NCBI GenBank assembly: GCA_035250905.1
Contig: DATFEQ010000043.1
Location: 9,598-73,597 of the forward strand
Reading direction: 5' to 3'
DNA: 64,000 nt
Origin: Steroidobacteraceae bacterium
Lineage (GTDB): Bacteria; Pseudomonadota; Gammaproteobacteria; Steroidobacterales; Steroidobacteraceae
Numbering within the stretch: position 1 is the stretch's first letter; each line of letters starts with the position of its first letter. The notes under the pieces were generated by a model that was not told the origin of the DNA, made no database searches, and was given only the letters and a program-made list of their open reading frames with translations. Position numbers and translations under genes: made by a program. This document shows positions 9,869-18,465 of this stretch, piece after piece.

Positions 9869-10465
9869 ATGACTCTGAGATTGCTCACGGCCCGCTTCAT
9901 ATCGCTCATCGCGCCGCTCGCCATGCTGGCCGGCTGCGCGCAGGAGCCGCCGAAGCCGGTCTCGATCGAGAACACGCAGGAAGTGCGCGCGACGGTCGTC
10001 GCCGTCGATCCGGTCACGCGCTTCCTGTCCCTGCAGGGACCGGACAAGAACGTAGTCACCGTGCAGGTGGACGACGAGGTGCGAAACCTCCCGCAGGTCA
10101 AGGTGGGGGATGAGGTCGTGGTGCGCTACTACGAGGCGCTGGGTGCGCAGGTCGTGAGCCGCGGCGGTACCGCGACGGGCGCCACCACGCCGGAAACCGG
10201 CGTCACCATCAGCAGGGCCGAGGAGGGTGCGCGACCGGCGGGCGTCGTGAGCTCGCAGGCCAGCATGACCGTCAAGATCAAGGAAGTCGACACGAAGAAC
10301 AACGCCGTAACGTTCTACGGCGAGGACGGACTGGTGCGGACGTTCCCGGTTCAGACGCCGCAGGGACAGGAGTTCATCAAGCAGCTCAAGCCGGGCGATG
10401 AGGTCGGGTTGACCTACACCGAGGCGCTTGCGGTCAGCGTCGAGCCCGTGAAGGCGAGCCCGTGA
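9869..10465 (+). CDS. Lipoprotein of unknown function with an internal tandem domain duplication
   Basis: The lipobox is LAMLAGC. Two homologous halves of about 58 aa share V.VD...(V/L)(S/T)(L/F).G.D..V.T..V......Q(V/L)K.GDEV....Y.EAL. Confidence 0.7.
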   Translation: MTLRLLTARFISLIAPLAMLAGCAQEPPKPVSIENTQEVRATVVAVDPVTRFLSLQGPDKNVVTVQVDDEVRNLPQVKVGDEVVVRYYEALGAQVVSRGGTATGATTPETGVTISRAEEGARPAGVVSSQASMTVKIKEVDTKNNAVTFYGEDGLVRTFPVQTPQGQEFIKQLKPGDEVGLTYTEALAVSVEPVKASP

Positions 10466-10474
10466 AGCAGATGG

Positions 10475-12526
10475 CTAGAGCAAAGGCACCAGCAGCAACG
10501 CGACGATATTGATGATCTTGATGAGCGGGTTGATGGCCGGGCCCGCCGTGTCCTTGTAGGGATCACCCACAGTGTCGCCGGTGACGGCGGCCTTGTGGGT
10601 GTCCGATCCCTTGCCACCGAAGTGGCCTTCCTCGATGTATTTCTTGGCGTTGTCCCAGGCGCCGCCGCCGGTGCACATCGAGATCGCGACGAAGAGGCCG
10701 GTCACGATCGTGCCGATCAGCAACCCGCCCAGCGCGCGCACGCCCGCCGGCACGCCGGCTTCGTTCGCGCCCATCAGGAAGGTCATCGCCGTCGCGAGCA
10801 CGATCGGCACCAGGATGGGCAGGAGTGACGGCACGATCATCTCCTTGATCGCCGCACGCGTGAGCAGGTCGACCGCCTTGGAGTAATCGGGCTTGCCGGT
10901 GCCTTCCATGATGCCCTTGATCTCGCGGAACTGGCGGCGCACTTCGTTTACCACCGAGCCGGCCGCGCGGCCGACCGCTTCCAGGGCCATCGCGCCGAAG
11001 AGATAGGGCACGAGACCGCCGATGAAAAGGCCGATGATCACCGCCGGATCCGACAGATCGAAGGTGGCGTTGATGCCGCGCGCCATGAGGTTGTGCGTGT
11101 AGTCCGCGAACAGCACCAGCGCTGCCAGGCCGGCTGAGCCGATCGCGTAGCCCTTGGTCACCGCCTTGGTGGTGTTGCCGACCGCATCGAGCGCATCGGT
11201 GATCTGCCGCACGGTCTTGGGCAGCCCCGCCATCTCGGCGATACCGCCACCGTTGTCGGTGATCGGGCCATACGCGTCGAGCGCGACGACCATGCCGGTC
11301 ATCGACAGCATGGCGGTGGCCGCGATCGCGATGCCGTAGAGACCGCCGAGCTCGAACGCGCCCCAGATCGCGAGCACCACCGCGAGCACGGGCAGCGCCG
11401 TCGATTTCATCGAGACCGCGAGGCCCGCGATGATGTTGGTGGCGTGACCGGTCTGTGAGGCGGCCGCAACGTCCCGCACCGGCTTGTACTCGGTCGCCGT
11501 GTAGTACTCGGTGATGATGATCATGGCCGCGGTGAGGCCGAGCCCGATCAGGGCGCACCAGTAGAGGTGCATGCTGGCCGGTCCCATCATGATCTGGGTG
11601 ATGGGGTAGAAAGCGATCGCCGCGATCACACCTGAAACGATCACACCGCGGTAGAGCGCCGACATGATCTTGCCACCCTCGCGCGCGCTCACGAAGAAGG
11701 TGCCGATGATCGAGGCGACGATCGAGAGCGCGCCGAGCACCAGCGGGTAGAGAATGGCGTTGCTGCCCGCGTCCTGCATCAGCAGTCCGCCGAGGAGCAT
11801 GGTCGCGACGACCGTGACCGCGTACGTCTCGAAGAGGTCCGCGGCCATCCCGGCGCAGTCGCCCACGTTGTCGCCGACGTTGTCGGCAATCACGGCCGGG
11901 TTGCGCGGATCGTCTTCCGGAATCCCCGCTTCCACCTTGCCGACGAGATCGGCGCCCACGTCCGCGCCCTTGGTGAAGATGCCGCCGCCCAAGCGCGCGA
12001 AGATCGAGATCAGCGAGCCGCCGAACGCGAGACCGACCAGCGCATGCAGCGCCTGGTCATCGCTGCCGGTGAGATCGTGCGCGAACCAGTAGTAGCCCGC
12101 GACGCCGAGGAGACCGAGGCCGACCACCAGCATGCCGGTGATGGCGCCGCCGCGAAACGCGATCTTGAGCGCCGGATTGAGGCCCACGCTCGCTGCGTGG
12201 GCGGTGCGCACGTTCGCACGCACGGAGATGTTCATGCCGATGTAGCCGGCGAGACCCGAGAGGATCGCCCCGACGGCGAAGCCGCCTGCCGTGAGCCAGC
12301 CCAGCACGAACCCGAGCACCAGGAACAGCACCACGCCGACGATCGCGATCGTGGAGTACTGCCGGTTGAGGTACGCACGCGCGCCCGCCTGGATCGCGGC
12401 GGCGATCTCCTGCATCCGGGCACTTCCCGCCGGCTGCGCAAGGATCCAGCGCACCGCGAAAATGCCGTACAGGATGGCCACAACACCGGCCGCAATCGCG
12501 AGCCAGAGCGCTTGACTCGAGGTCAT
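10475..12526 (-). CDS. hppA: K+-insensitive pyrophosphate-energized proton pump (membrane H+-PPase)
   Basis: 683 aa and polytopic. It has the [21 protein letters not shown] motif. GNTTKA (Lys rather than Ala) marks the K+-independent type. Confidence 0.95.
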   Translation of the reverse strand: MTSSQALWLAIAAGVVAILYGIFAVRWILAQPAGSARMQEIAAAIQAGARAYLNRQYSTIAIVGVVLFLVLGFVLGWLTAGGFAVGAILSGLAGYIGMNISVRANVRTAHAASVGLNPALKIAFRGGAITGMLVVGLGLLGVAGYYWFAHDLTGSDDQALHALVGLAFGGSLISIFARLGGGIFTKGADVGADLVGKVEAGIPEDDPRNPAVIADNVGDNVGDCAGMAADLFETYAVTVVATMLLGGLLMQDAGSNAILYPLVLGALSIVASIIGTFFVSAREGGKIMSALYRGVIVSGVIAAIAFYPITQIMMGPASMHLYWCALIGLGLTAAMIIITEYYTATEYKPVRDVAAASQTGHATNIIAGLAVSMKSTALPVLAVVLAIWGAFELGGLYGIAIAATAMLSMTGMVVALDAYGPITDNGGGIAEMAGLPKTVRQITDALDAVGNTTKAVTKGYAIGSAGLAALVLFADYTHNLMARGINATFDLSDPAVIIGLFIGGLVPYLFGAMALEAVGRAAGSVVNEVRRQFREIKGIMEGTGKPDYSKAVDLLTRAAIKEMIVPSLLPILVPIVLATAMTFLMGANEAGVPAGVRALGGLLIGTIVTGLFVAISMCTGGGAWDNAKKYIEEGHFGGKGSDTHKAAVTGDTVGDPYKDTAGPAINPLIKIINIVALLLVPLL

Positions 12527-12603
12527 AAAAGTCCTCCCAGATCAGGGACTTATGTTCGTATTACTGAAGGTCGGATTGCCCGGCCCCCAAAAAAGGGGCG
12601 GAA

Positions 12604-13884
12604 CTATAGCACAAAGGTCTTGCTGAGCTTTTTGGGCACCGTGACGCCCTTGACCGCAACGTAAGCGGGCAAGCCGTCGCGATAAGTCGGATAGTCCTCG
12701 CCGGCGATCAGCGGCGCGAGATAGCGCCGGCAGGCCTCGGTGATGCCGAAGCCGTCGGCGGTGATGTAGTCGCGCGGCACTTTCTTTTCCTTGTTGGCGA
12801 CCGCTTCGAGCGGCACGTGACCGATCGTCCAGCGGTACGGCTTGTTCGACTTGCGCACGATCGTCGGCATCACCGCATCATGCCCCTTGAGCGCGAGCTC
12901 GACCGCGGCCTTGCCCACGGCGTAGGCCTGCTGCACGTCGACCTTCGAGGCGATGTGGCGCGCCGAGCGCTGCAGATAGTCCGCCACCGCCCAGTGGTAC
13001 TTGAGATTGAGATGGCGCCTCACGAGGTCCGCGATGACCGGCCCCACGCCGCCCAATTGCGTGTGACCAAAGGCGTCCTTCGTGCCCGCTTCCGCCAGGA
13101 ACTTGCCGTCCGCGGTGGCCGCGCCCTCGGAGACCACGACGACGCAGTAGCCGTAGTCCTGCACGCTCTGCCGGACGCGCTCGAGAAACTTCGCCTCCTC
13201 GAACGGGATCTCCGGGAACAGGATGATGTGCGGCGGGTCGCCGGGCTTCGAGCCCGCCAGACCGCCCGCAGCCGCGATCCAGCCCGCATGCCGGCCCATC
13301 ACTTCGAGCACGAACACCTTGGTCGAGGTGCGCGCCATCGAGGCGACGTCGAGCGCGGCTTCGCGCGTCGAGACCGCAACGTACTTGGCGACCGAGCCGA
13401 AGCCCGGACAGCAGTCGGTGTGGGGCAGGTCGTTGTCGACGGTCTTGGGCACGCCGATGCACGTCACCGGGAATCCGAGCTGCGTGCCGATCTGCGACAC
13501 CTTGTGCGCGGTGTCCATGGAGTCGTTGCCGCCGTTGTAGAAGAAGTAGCCGATGTCGTGCGCGCGGAACACTTCGATCAGCCGCTCGTACTCGGCGCGG
13601 TTCTTGTCGAGCCCCTTGAGCTTGTAGCGTGCGGAGCCGAACGCGCCGCCGGGTGTGTACTTCAATCCCGCGATGGTGGCGGCGCTCTCCTTGCCGGTGT
13701 CGATCAGGTCCTCGGTCAGCGCGCCGATGATGCCGTCGCGACCGGCGAACACTTTGCCGATGCGGTTGCGATGCTTGCGGGCGGTCTCGATCACGCCGCA
13801 CGCGGACGCATTGATGACGGCGGACACGCCACCCGACTGTGCATAGAACGCGTTCCGTGGCTGATTCTTCTTAGCTGCGCTCAT
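12604..13884 (-). CDS. pfp: Pyrophosphate-dependent 6-phosphofructokinase (PPi-PFK)
   Basis: A PFK fold with GGNDS (Asp where ATP-PFK has the second Gly of GGDG) and PKTVDNDL (Lys where ATP-PFK has Gly). Both are classical PPi-specificity markers. It lies 77 nt upstream of hppA on the same strand. Confidence 0.85.
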   Translation of the reverse strand: MSAAKKNQPRNAFYAQSGGVSAVINASACGVIETARKHRNRIGKVFAGRDGIIGALTEDLIDTGKESAATIAGLKYTPGGAFGSARYKLKGLDKNRAEYERLIEVFRAHDIGYFFYNGGNDSMDTAHKVSQIGTQLGFPVTCIGVPKTVDNDLPHTDCCPGFGSVAKYVAVSTREAALDVASMARTSTKVFVLEVMGRHAGWIAAAGGLAGSKPGDPPHIILFPEIPFEEAKFLERVRQSVQDYGYCVVVVSEGAATADGKFLAEAGTKDAFGHTQLGGVGPVIADLVRRHLNLKYHWAVADYLQRSARHIASKVDVQQAYAVGKAAVELALKGHDAVMPTIVRKSNKPYRWTIGHVPLEAVANKEKKVPRDYITADGFGITEACRRYLAPLIAGEDYPTYRDGLPAYVAVKGVTVPKKLSKTFVL

Positions 13885-13933
13885 GTGGTTGGCTCACCTG
13901 GAACGGGCTGCAAAGAATACCCGATTGCGCTCT

Positions 13934-13957
13934 CCCTCTCCCGCGTGCGGGAGAGGG
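13934..13957. repeat. GC-rich REP-like palindrome (CCCTCTCCCGC GT GCGGGAGAGGG) followed by GTGGGGTGAGGGC
   Basis: A direct 11-bp/11-bp reverse-complement match around a 2-nt centre. This motif type recurs in intergenic regions of many proteobacteria (from memory). Confidence 0.5.
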
Positions 13958-13975
13958 GTGGGGTGAGGGCGTTAC

Positions 13976-14236
13976 GAGTCGTGCGACCTGTCCGGGTCAC
14001 ATTTTCCGCAGCTGGGTCTCCCGCGCTCAGAAAAACCGAGGTCAGATCGATTTTCCTGTGTGGCGCCCGGGAAATAGATCTGACCCCGTTTTTTCTGGCG
14101 AAACCTCAGCCCGGGCGGACGAACAGCCTGGGTTTCGTGGTCGAAGTACGCAACGTGGCAGGGCTGTTCGTCAGCGCCCGTGCAGAGGCGTGCGACACAG
14201 CTGCGGAAAATGTGACCCGGACAGGTCACCCGACTC
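13976..14236. repeat. Composite nested inverted-repeat element (MITE-like or structured RNA), non-coding
   Basis: The perfect 30-nt arms 13985-14014 and 14198-14227 are exact reverse complements. Two internal imperfect hairpins lie at 14030-14056/14070-14095 and 14111-14131/14157-14180. Confidence 0.65.
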
Positions 14237-14437
14237 TGATCTTCCAGCTCATCGCCACGGTGAGCGTGCACGACGGAGATGGACGCCGGGTGTGGTCTGC
14301 CGAGGGCGCCGTTGCGGTGTTTGCGGCGACGGCTTTGGGGTGGAAGTCACTACTGCGTGACTCGTGAAGCGGCGTTCTCGGCACGGCCACACCCGGCGGC
14401 CGTCTCAGGAGTGCTCCGCTCTTGTTGTCCGGTCCGT

Positions 14438-14466
14438 TTGACGCACCGGGAGGCAATGGGTAGCGT
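14438..14466 (+). promoter_or_regulatory. Candidate sigma-70 promoter for adk (TTGACG-17 nt-TAGCGT)
   Basis: The -35-like TTGACG (14438-14443) and -10-like TAGCGT (14461-14466) have a 17-nt spacer and lie about 50 nt upstream of the adk ATG. This is a motif match only. Confidence 0.3.
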
Positions 14467-14517
14467 ACCGGCCTTTCGCGCGTCCAGTGCCGGGCGTTCA
14501 GAGGGAGAACTGGGGAG

Positions 14518-15366
14518 ATGAGAATCGTACTGCTCGGTGCGCCGGGCTCAGGCAAGGGCACGCAATCGCAGCAGCTCGCACGCAAATACGGTGCGCCGCA
14601 GATTTCCTCGGGCGATCTGCTGCGCGAGGCCGTGGCGCGCGGCACGCCGCTCGGGCTGCAGGCCAAGGCCGCCATGGATGCCGGTGCGCTGGTCTCCGAC
14701 GAGCTCGTGCTGGCGCTCATCCGCGAACGGCTGAGCCGGCCGGATGCGCTGCGTGGTTTCATCCTCGATGGCTTCCCGCGCAACATCGCGCAGGCGCAGG
14801 CGCTCGCCGCGATGCTCGACAAGCTCGGGCAGCCGATCGAGGCCGTGGTGCTGATGAACATCGACCTGGCGATCCTGTTGCGGCGGCTGACCGGGCGGCG
14901 CAGCTGCACGCGCTGCGGCCGTCTCTTCAACGTCTACACGTCGCCGCCGAACGCGGACACGCCCTGCGTCGACGGCACACTCGAGCACGACCTGGTGCAA
15001 CGGCCGGACGACAACGAGGACACGATCCGCAGGCGCCTCGCGGTCTATGCCGCGCAAACCCAACCCCTGATCGAACACTATCGCTCGGGCGGCCTGCTGC
15101 GGACAGTCGATGCCGAGGGCGAGGTCGATGAAGTGTTCGCGCGGCTCGAACGGGCGGTGAGCGCCGCTCCCCGGAAGGCGGCGCGACCGCGTGCTCGACG
15201 CCGCCCGGTGGCACGACGCCCGACGACACGACGCGCACGCACGACGCGCAGTGCGAAGCGCAAGCCGCGGGCCGGCGCGCGTTCGCGCAAGTCAAAGCCC
15301 AGGGCGAAGGCGACCACTGCACGCAAGGCCGCCCGCCGCACGGTGCGCCGCTCACGCAAGCGCTGA
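14518..15366 (+). CDS. adk: Adenylate kinase with a 68-residue polybasic C-terminal extension
   Basis: P-loop GAPGSGKGT, a long lid with C130/C133/C150, and a canonical end near ...VFARLERAV (residue 214). A tail follows with 24 Arg, 8 Lys and no acidic residues. Confidence 0.9.
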   Translation: MRIVLLGAPGSGKGTQSQQLARKYGAPQISSGDLLREAVARGTPLGLQAKAAMDAGALVSDELVLALIRERLSRPDALRGFILDGFPRNIAQAQALAAMLDKLGQPIEAVVLMNIDLAILLRRLTGRRSCTRCGRLFNVYTSPPNADTPCVDGTLEHDLVQRPDDNEDTIRRRLAVYAAQTQPLIEHYRSGGLLRTVDAEGEVDEVFARLERAVSAAPRKAARPRARRRPVARRPTTRRARTTRSAKRKPRAGARSRKSKPRAKATTARKAARRTVRRSRKR

Positions 15367-15374
15367 GGTCGACG

Positions 15375-16466
15375 TCAGAGCAGGCTGAGCAGGGCCTCGC
15401 CCACGACCTCGCGCCGCCATCCCTTGAGCGGCGCCACATCCGTGTCGCCGTTCAGCAGCTGCTGCAGGTCGCGGCGTGTCGCCAGCACTTCGGGCGTCAG
15501 CTGCAGCTGCTCGGCGATGCGCTTCACGGTGGCCGCGAGTAGCTTGAGCCGTGCCTGCGCGGCGGGATCCGGTCGTGGGGCACGCCGTTGGGGTTCGCTC
15601 GAGGTCAGGTGCGCGCTCCCCTGGACCGCGGCAAGCAGGTCGACCCCGCAATTCTCGATCACGCCCGGCGGGAGCGATCGCAATCGCTCGAGCTGCGCAC
15701 GGTCCTGCGGCAGCGCGCGCACGATGTCGTACAGCGCCTCGTCCGAGAGAATCCAGCCACGCGGACGGTCGCGTTGCATGGCACGCGCCTCGCGCCAGCG
15801 AGACAGTGCGAGCGCGGTGGCGCGGCGGCGGGGATCGAGCGACTCGAGACCCTTGAGGCGCTGCCAGGCGTCCGCGGGGCTCAGGCGCGTGGCAAAGGTC
15901 GCGCCCGCGCGCGTCATCTCGGCGTCGAACCAGTGCAGCCGATCGCGTTTCTCGAGATCGCGCCGCAGGACCTCGTGCAGCGGCAAGAGGTGACGCACAT
16001 CGTCGGCGGCATACTCGAGTTGCTCGGGGCTCAAGGGACGCACGCTCCAATCCGTGCGCGCATGCGCCTTCGCGAGCTTCGCGCCCAGCACCTTGTGCAC
16101 CAGCTCGCCATAGCCGATCTGTGGCTGCATGCCGAGGAGCGCCGCTGCGATCTGGGTATCGAACAGCGGTGCAGGCGGCTCGACCGATCGCGTCAGCAAC
16201 GCCTCGACATCCTGGCGCGCGGCGTGCGCGACCTTGGGCGTCGCCCCGCGCGCGAGGAGCGACGACAGGTGTGCGACATCCCCGAGCGCCAGCGGATCGA
16301 TGCAGGCGATGGCGTTCGCCGTGGCGAGCTGCACCAGGCAGAGCTTCGGGTAGTAGGTGCGCTCGCGCATGAACTCGGTGTCGAGTGCGAGCTCGCTGGC
16401 GCCTTCGAGCTCGCTCGCGAGGCGATCGAGTTGCGCGCGCTGGTCGATGAACTGAAAACGGATCAT
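15375..16466 (-). CDS. rnd: Ribonuclease D
   Basis: From ATG 16466 (MIRFQFIDQRAQLDRL...). It has DEDD exonuclease motifs (ALDTEF, HAARQDVEAL) and an HRDC region. I rejected the ORF-track extension to 17342. Confidence 0.9.
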   Translation of the reverse strand: MIRFQFIDQRAQLDRLASELEGASELALDTEFMRERTYYPKLCLVQLATANAIACIDPLALGDVAHLSSLLARGATPKVAHAARQDVEALLTRSVEPPAPLFDTQIAAALLGMQPQIGYGELVHKVLGAKLAKAHARTDWSVRPLSPEQLEYAADDVRHLLPLHEVLRRDLEKRDRLHWFDAEMTRAGATFATRLSPADAWQRLKGLESLDPRRRATALALSRWREARAMQRDRPRGWILSDEALYDIVRALPQDRAQLERLRSLPPGVIENCGVDLLAAVQGSAHLTSSEPQRRAPRPDPAAQARLKLLAATVKRIAEQLQLTPEVLATRRDLQQLLNGDTDVAPLKGWRREVVGEALLSLL

Positions 16467-16542
16467 GGGAATCGCCGGGGCAAGTGTACAATCGCTGCGC
16501 ACATTATCCGGTAGGCGTGGGCGCGGTTGGAAGCGAAGCTGA

Positions 16543-17064
16543 GTGGTCGAGCTCTTCAAGGCGTTCGTCGACATCGCGCTGTGGCGCAAAGGCCCGCAGC
16601 ACCTGCCGACGTCTGCGCTCCTGCTCGTCATCATCGTGGCGCTAGACGGCGTGCTGACGCTGACCTTCACGGGCGCGTTCGAGCCACAGGAGCCGGCGCT
16701 GCGCATCCCGCTCGAGGTTGGCCTGAGCCTCGGCTGGATCTGGTTGCTGCTCGCGGTCTTCGGCCGCGCGGAGCGCTTCGTCCAGACGGCCACCGCCGTC
16801 TTCGGCACCAGTGTGCTGCTCACGCCGTTGATGTTCGGGATGCGCACCATGCTGGAGGCAGTCGGCAAGACCAGCATGCTGCTGGTGCCGCTGCGGCTGG
16901 GGCTGCTGACGGTGTTTGTGTGGTACCTTCTGATCAACGCGAACATCGTGCGCGCGGCGCTTGAAGTGAACCTGTTCGTCGCGGTCCTGCTCACTCTCCT
17001 CGGCACCGGTTGCGTGTACATCATCGCGACGCGAGTTCTCGCGCTGGCGACGCAGGTGGCCTGA
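16543..17064 (+). CDS. Conserved inner-membrane protein of unknown function
   Basis: 173 aa with about 4 hydrophobic helices. Its stop overlaps the mpl start (TGATG), which suggests co-translation. No diagnostic motif was recognised. Confidence 0.6.
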   Translation: MVELFKAFVDIALWRKGPQHLPTSALLLVIIVALDGVLTLTFTGAFEPQEPALRIPLEVGLSLGWIWLLLAVFGRAERFVQTATAVFGTSVLLTPLMFGMRTMLEAVGKTSMLLVPLRLGLLTVFVWYLLINANIVRAALEVNLFVAVLLTLLGTGCVYIIATRVLALATQVA

Positions 17065-18455
17065 TGCACGTTCACATTCTCGGCGTGTGCGGCACTTTCA
17101 TGGGCGGCATCGCCGCGCTCGCGAAAGCGCATGGCCACCGTGTCACGGGCTCGGATCGCAACGTCTACCCGCCGATGAGCTCGCAGCTCGAAGCGCTCGG
17201 CGTCGAACTGATCCAGGGCTATGACGCGGAGCAGCTCGATCCCGCTCCCGACGTGGTGGTCGTCGGCAACGTCATGTCGCGCGGCATGCCGGTGATCGAG
17301 CGGCTGCTCGAGAGCTCCGTGCCGTTCACGTCCGGCCCGCAATGGCTAGCGCAACACGTCCTGAGGGATCGCTGGGTGCTCGCGGTCTCGGGCACGCACG
17401 GCAAGACGACGACCTCGAGCCTGCTGGCGTGGATACTCGAGCATGCCGGGCTCAACCCGGGGTTCCTGATCGGCGGCGTGCCGGTCAATTTCGATGCGAC
17501 CGCGCGCCTCGGCGCCGATCCCTTCTTCGTGATCGAGGCGGACGAGTACGACACCGCTTTCTTCGACAAGCGCTCGAAGCTCGTCCACCTGCGCGCGCGC
17601 ACCGCCATCATCAACAACATCGAGTTCGACCACGCCGACATCTTCGCGGACGTGCAGGCGATCCAGCGGCAGTTTCACCAGTTCGTGCGCCTCATTCCGG
17701 CGAGCGGACGCATCGTGTGGAACGCCGCCGACGCGAACGTGCGCACCATGCTCGACATGGGATGCTGGACGCCGTGCGAGGGATTCGCGCGCGAACCGCT
17801 CCCGGTCGCGAAATGGAGCGCGCGCGTCGCGCCCGGTGCAGATTTCTCCAGCTTCGAGGTGCTCGAGGACGGCCGCCCACGCGGCCGCGTCGAATGGCAG
17901 CTGATCGGCGCGCACAACGTCGAAAACGCGCTGGCCGCGATCGCGGCTGCCCAGCACGCCGGCGTGCCGGTGAGCCGCTCGCTAGCCGCGCTCGAGCAGT
18001 TCGGTGGGATTCGCCGGCGTCTCGAGGTGCGCGGCCGTCTCGCGGGCGTCACGGTGTACGACGACTTCGCGCATCATCCGACTGCGATCGCCTCGACGCT
18101 CGACGGATTGCGCCGGCGCGTGGGACGCGAGCGCATCGTGGCCGTGCTCGAGCCGCGCTCCAACACCATGCGCATGGGTGTACATCGCGACACCCTGGCG
18201 CCGGCGCTCGCCGGGGCGGATGAGGTCTGGTTCTACGTGCCGCCCGACCTCGGCTGGGAGCTCGAAGGGGCGACCCGGCCACTGGGCGCGCGCGCCCACT
18301 TCGCCGCCGACGTGAGCGACCTGCTCGAGCGACTGCAGGCCGGGCTCAAGAGTGGCGATCACGTGTTGATCATGAGCAACGGCGGATTCGGAGGATTGCA
18401 CACGCGCCTGCTCGAGGCCCTGGCCGAGCGCGGCCGGCAGGCGACCCGGGCATGA
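17064..18455 (+). CDS. mpl: UDP-N-acetylmuramate:L-alanyl-gamma-D-glutamyl-meso-diaminopimelate ligase
   Basis: Mur-ligase family with the N-terminus MHVHILGVCGTFMGGIAALA and the ATP-binding GTHGKTTTSS motif. The length and N-terminus are Mpl-like. Confidence 0.9.
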   Translation: MHVHILGVCGTFMGGIAALAKAHGHRVTGSDRNVYPPMSSQLEALGVELIQGYDAEQLDPAPDVVVVGNVMSRGMPVIERLLESSVPFTSGPQWLAQHVLRDRWVLAVSGTHGKTTTSSLLAWILEHAGLNPGFLIGGVPVNFDATARLGADPFFVIEADEYDTAFFDKRSKLVHLRARTAIINNIEFDHADIFADVQAIQRQFHQFVRLIPASGRIVWNAADANVRTMLDMGCWTPCEGFAREPLPVAKWSARVAPGADFSSFEVLEDGRPRGRVEWQLIGAHNVENALAAIAAAQHAGVPVSRSLAALEQFGGIRRRLEVRGRLAGVTVYDDFAHHPTAIASTLDGLRRRVGRERIVAVLEPRSNTMRMGVHRDTLAPALAGADEVWFYVPPDLGWELEGATRPLGARAHFAADVSDLLERLQAGLKSGDHVLIMSNGGFGGLHTRLLEALAERGRQATRA

Positions 18456-18465
18456 CGAGCATGAT

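Noticed and set aside
14207-14229. AAAATGTGACCCGGACAGGTCAC in the terminal repeat as a full CRP site
   Set aside because: Only the left half-site fits. The second half is at the wrong spacing (N10) and reads GGTCAC. It is noted only as a half-site within the palindrome finding.
13972-14360. Two ORFs of about 100 aa (13972-14271 minus strand, 14058-14360 plus strand) inside the nested palindrome
   Set aside because: They read through inverted repeats on both strands, have no SD or start context, and are Cys/Arg/Gly-rich. The symmetry of the DNA explains both open frames.
12817-14367. 516-aa ORF on the plus strand
   Set aside because: It is antisense to the well-supported pfp gene and runs on through the repeat-filled spacer. 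It is Arg/Ala/Gly/His-rich with no recognisable motif. This is a typical high-GC shadow ORF.
16467-17342. N-terminal 292 codons of the 655-aa minus-strand ORF containing rnd
   Set aside because: RNase D homology starts at MIRFQF (ATG 16466). The upstream part is antisense to the membrane protein and mpl and has low-complexity composition.
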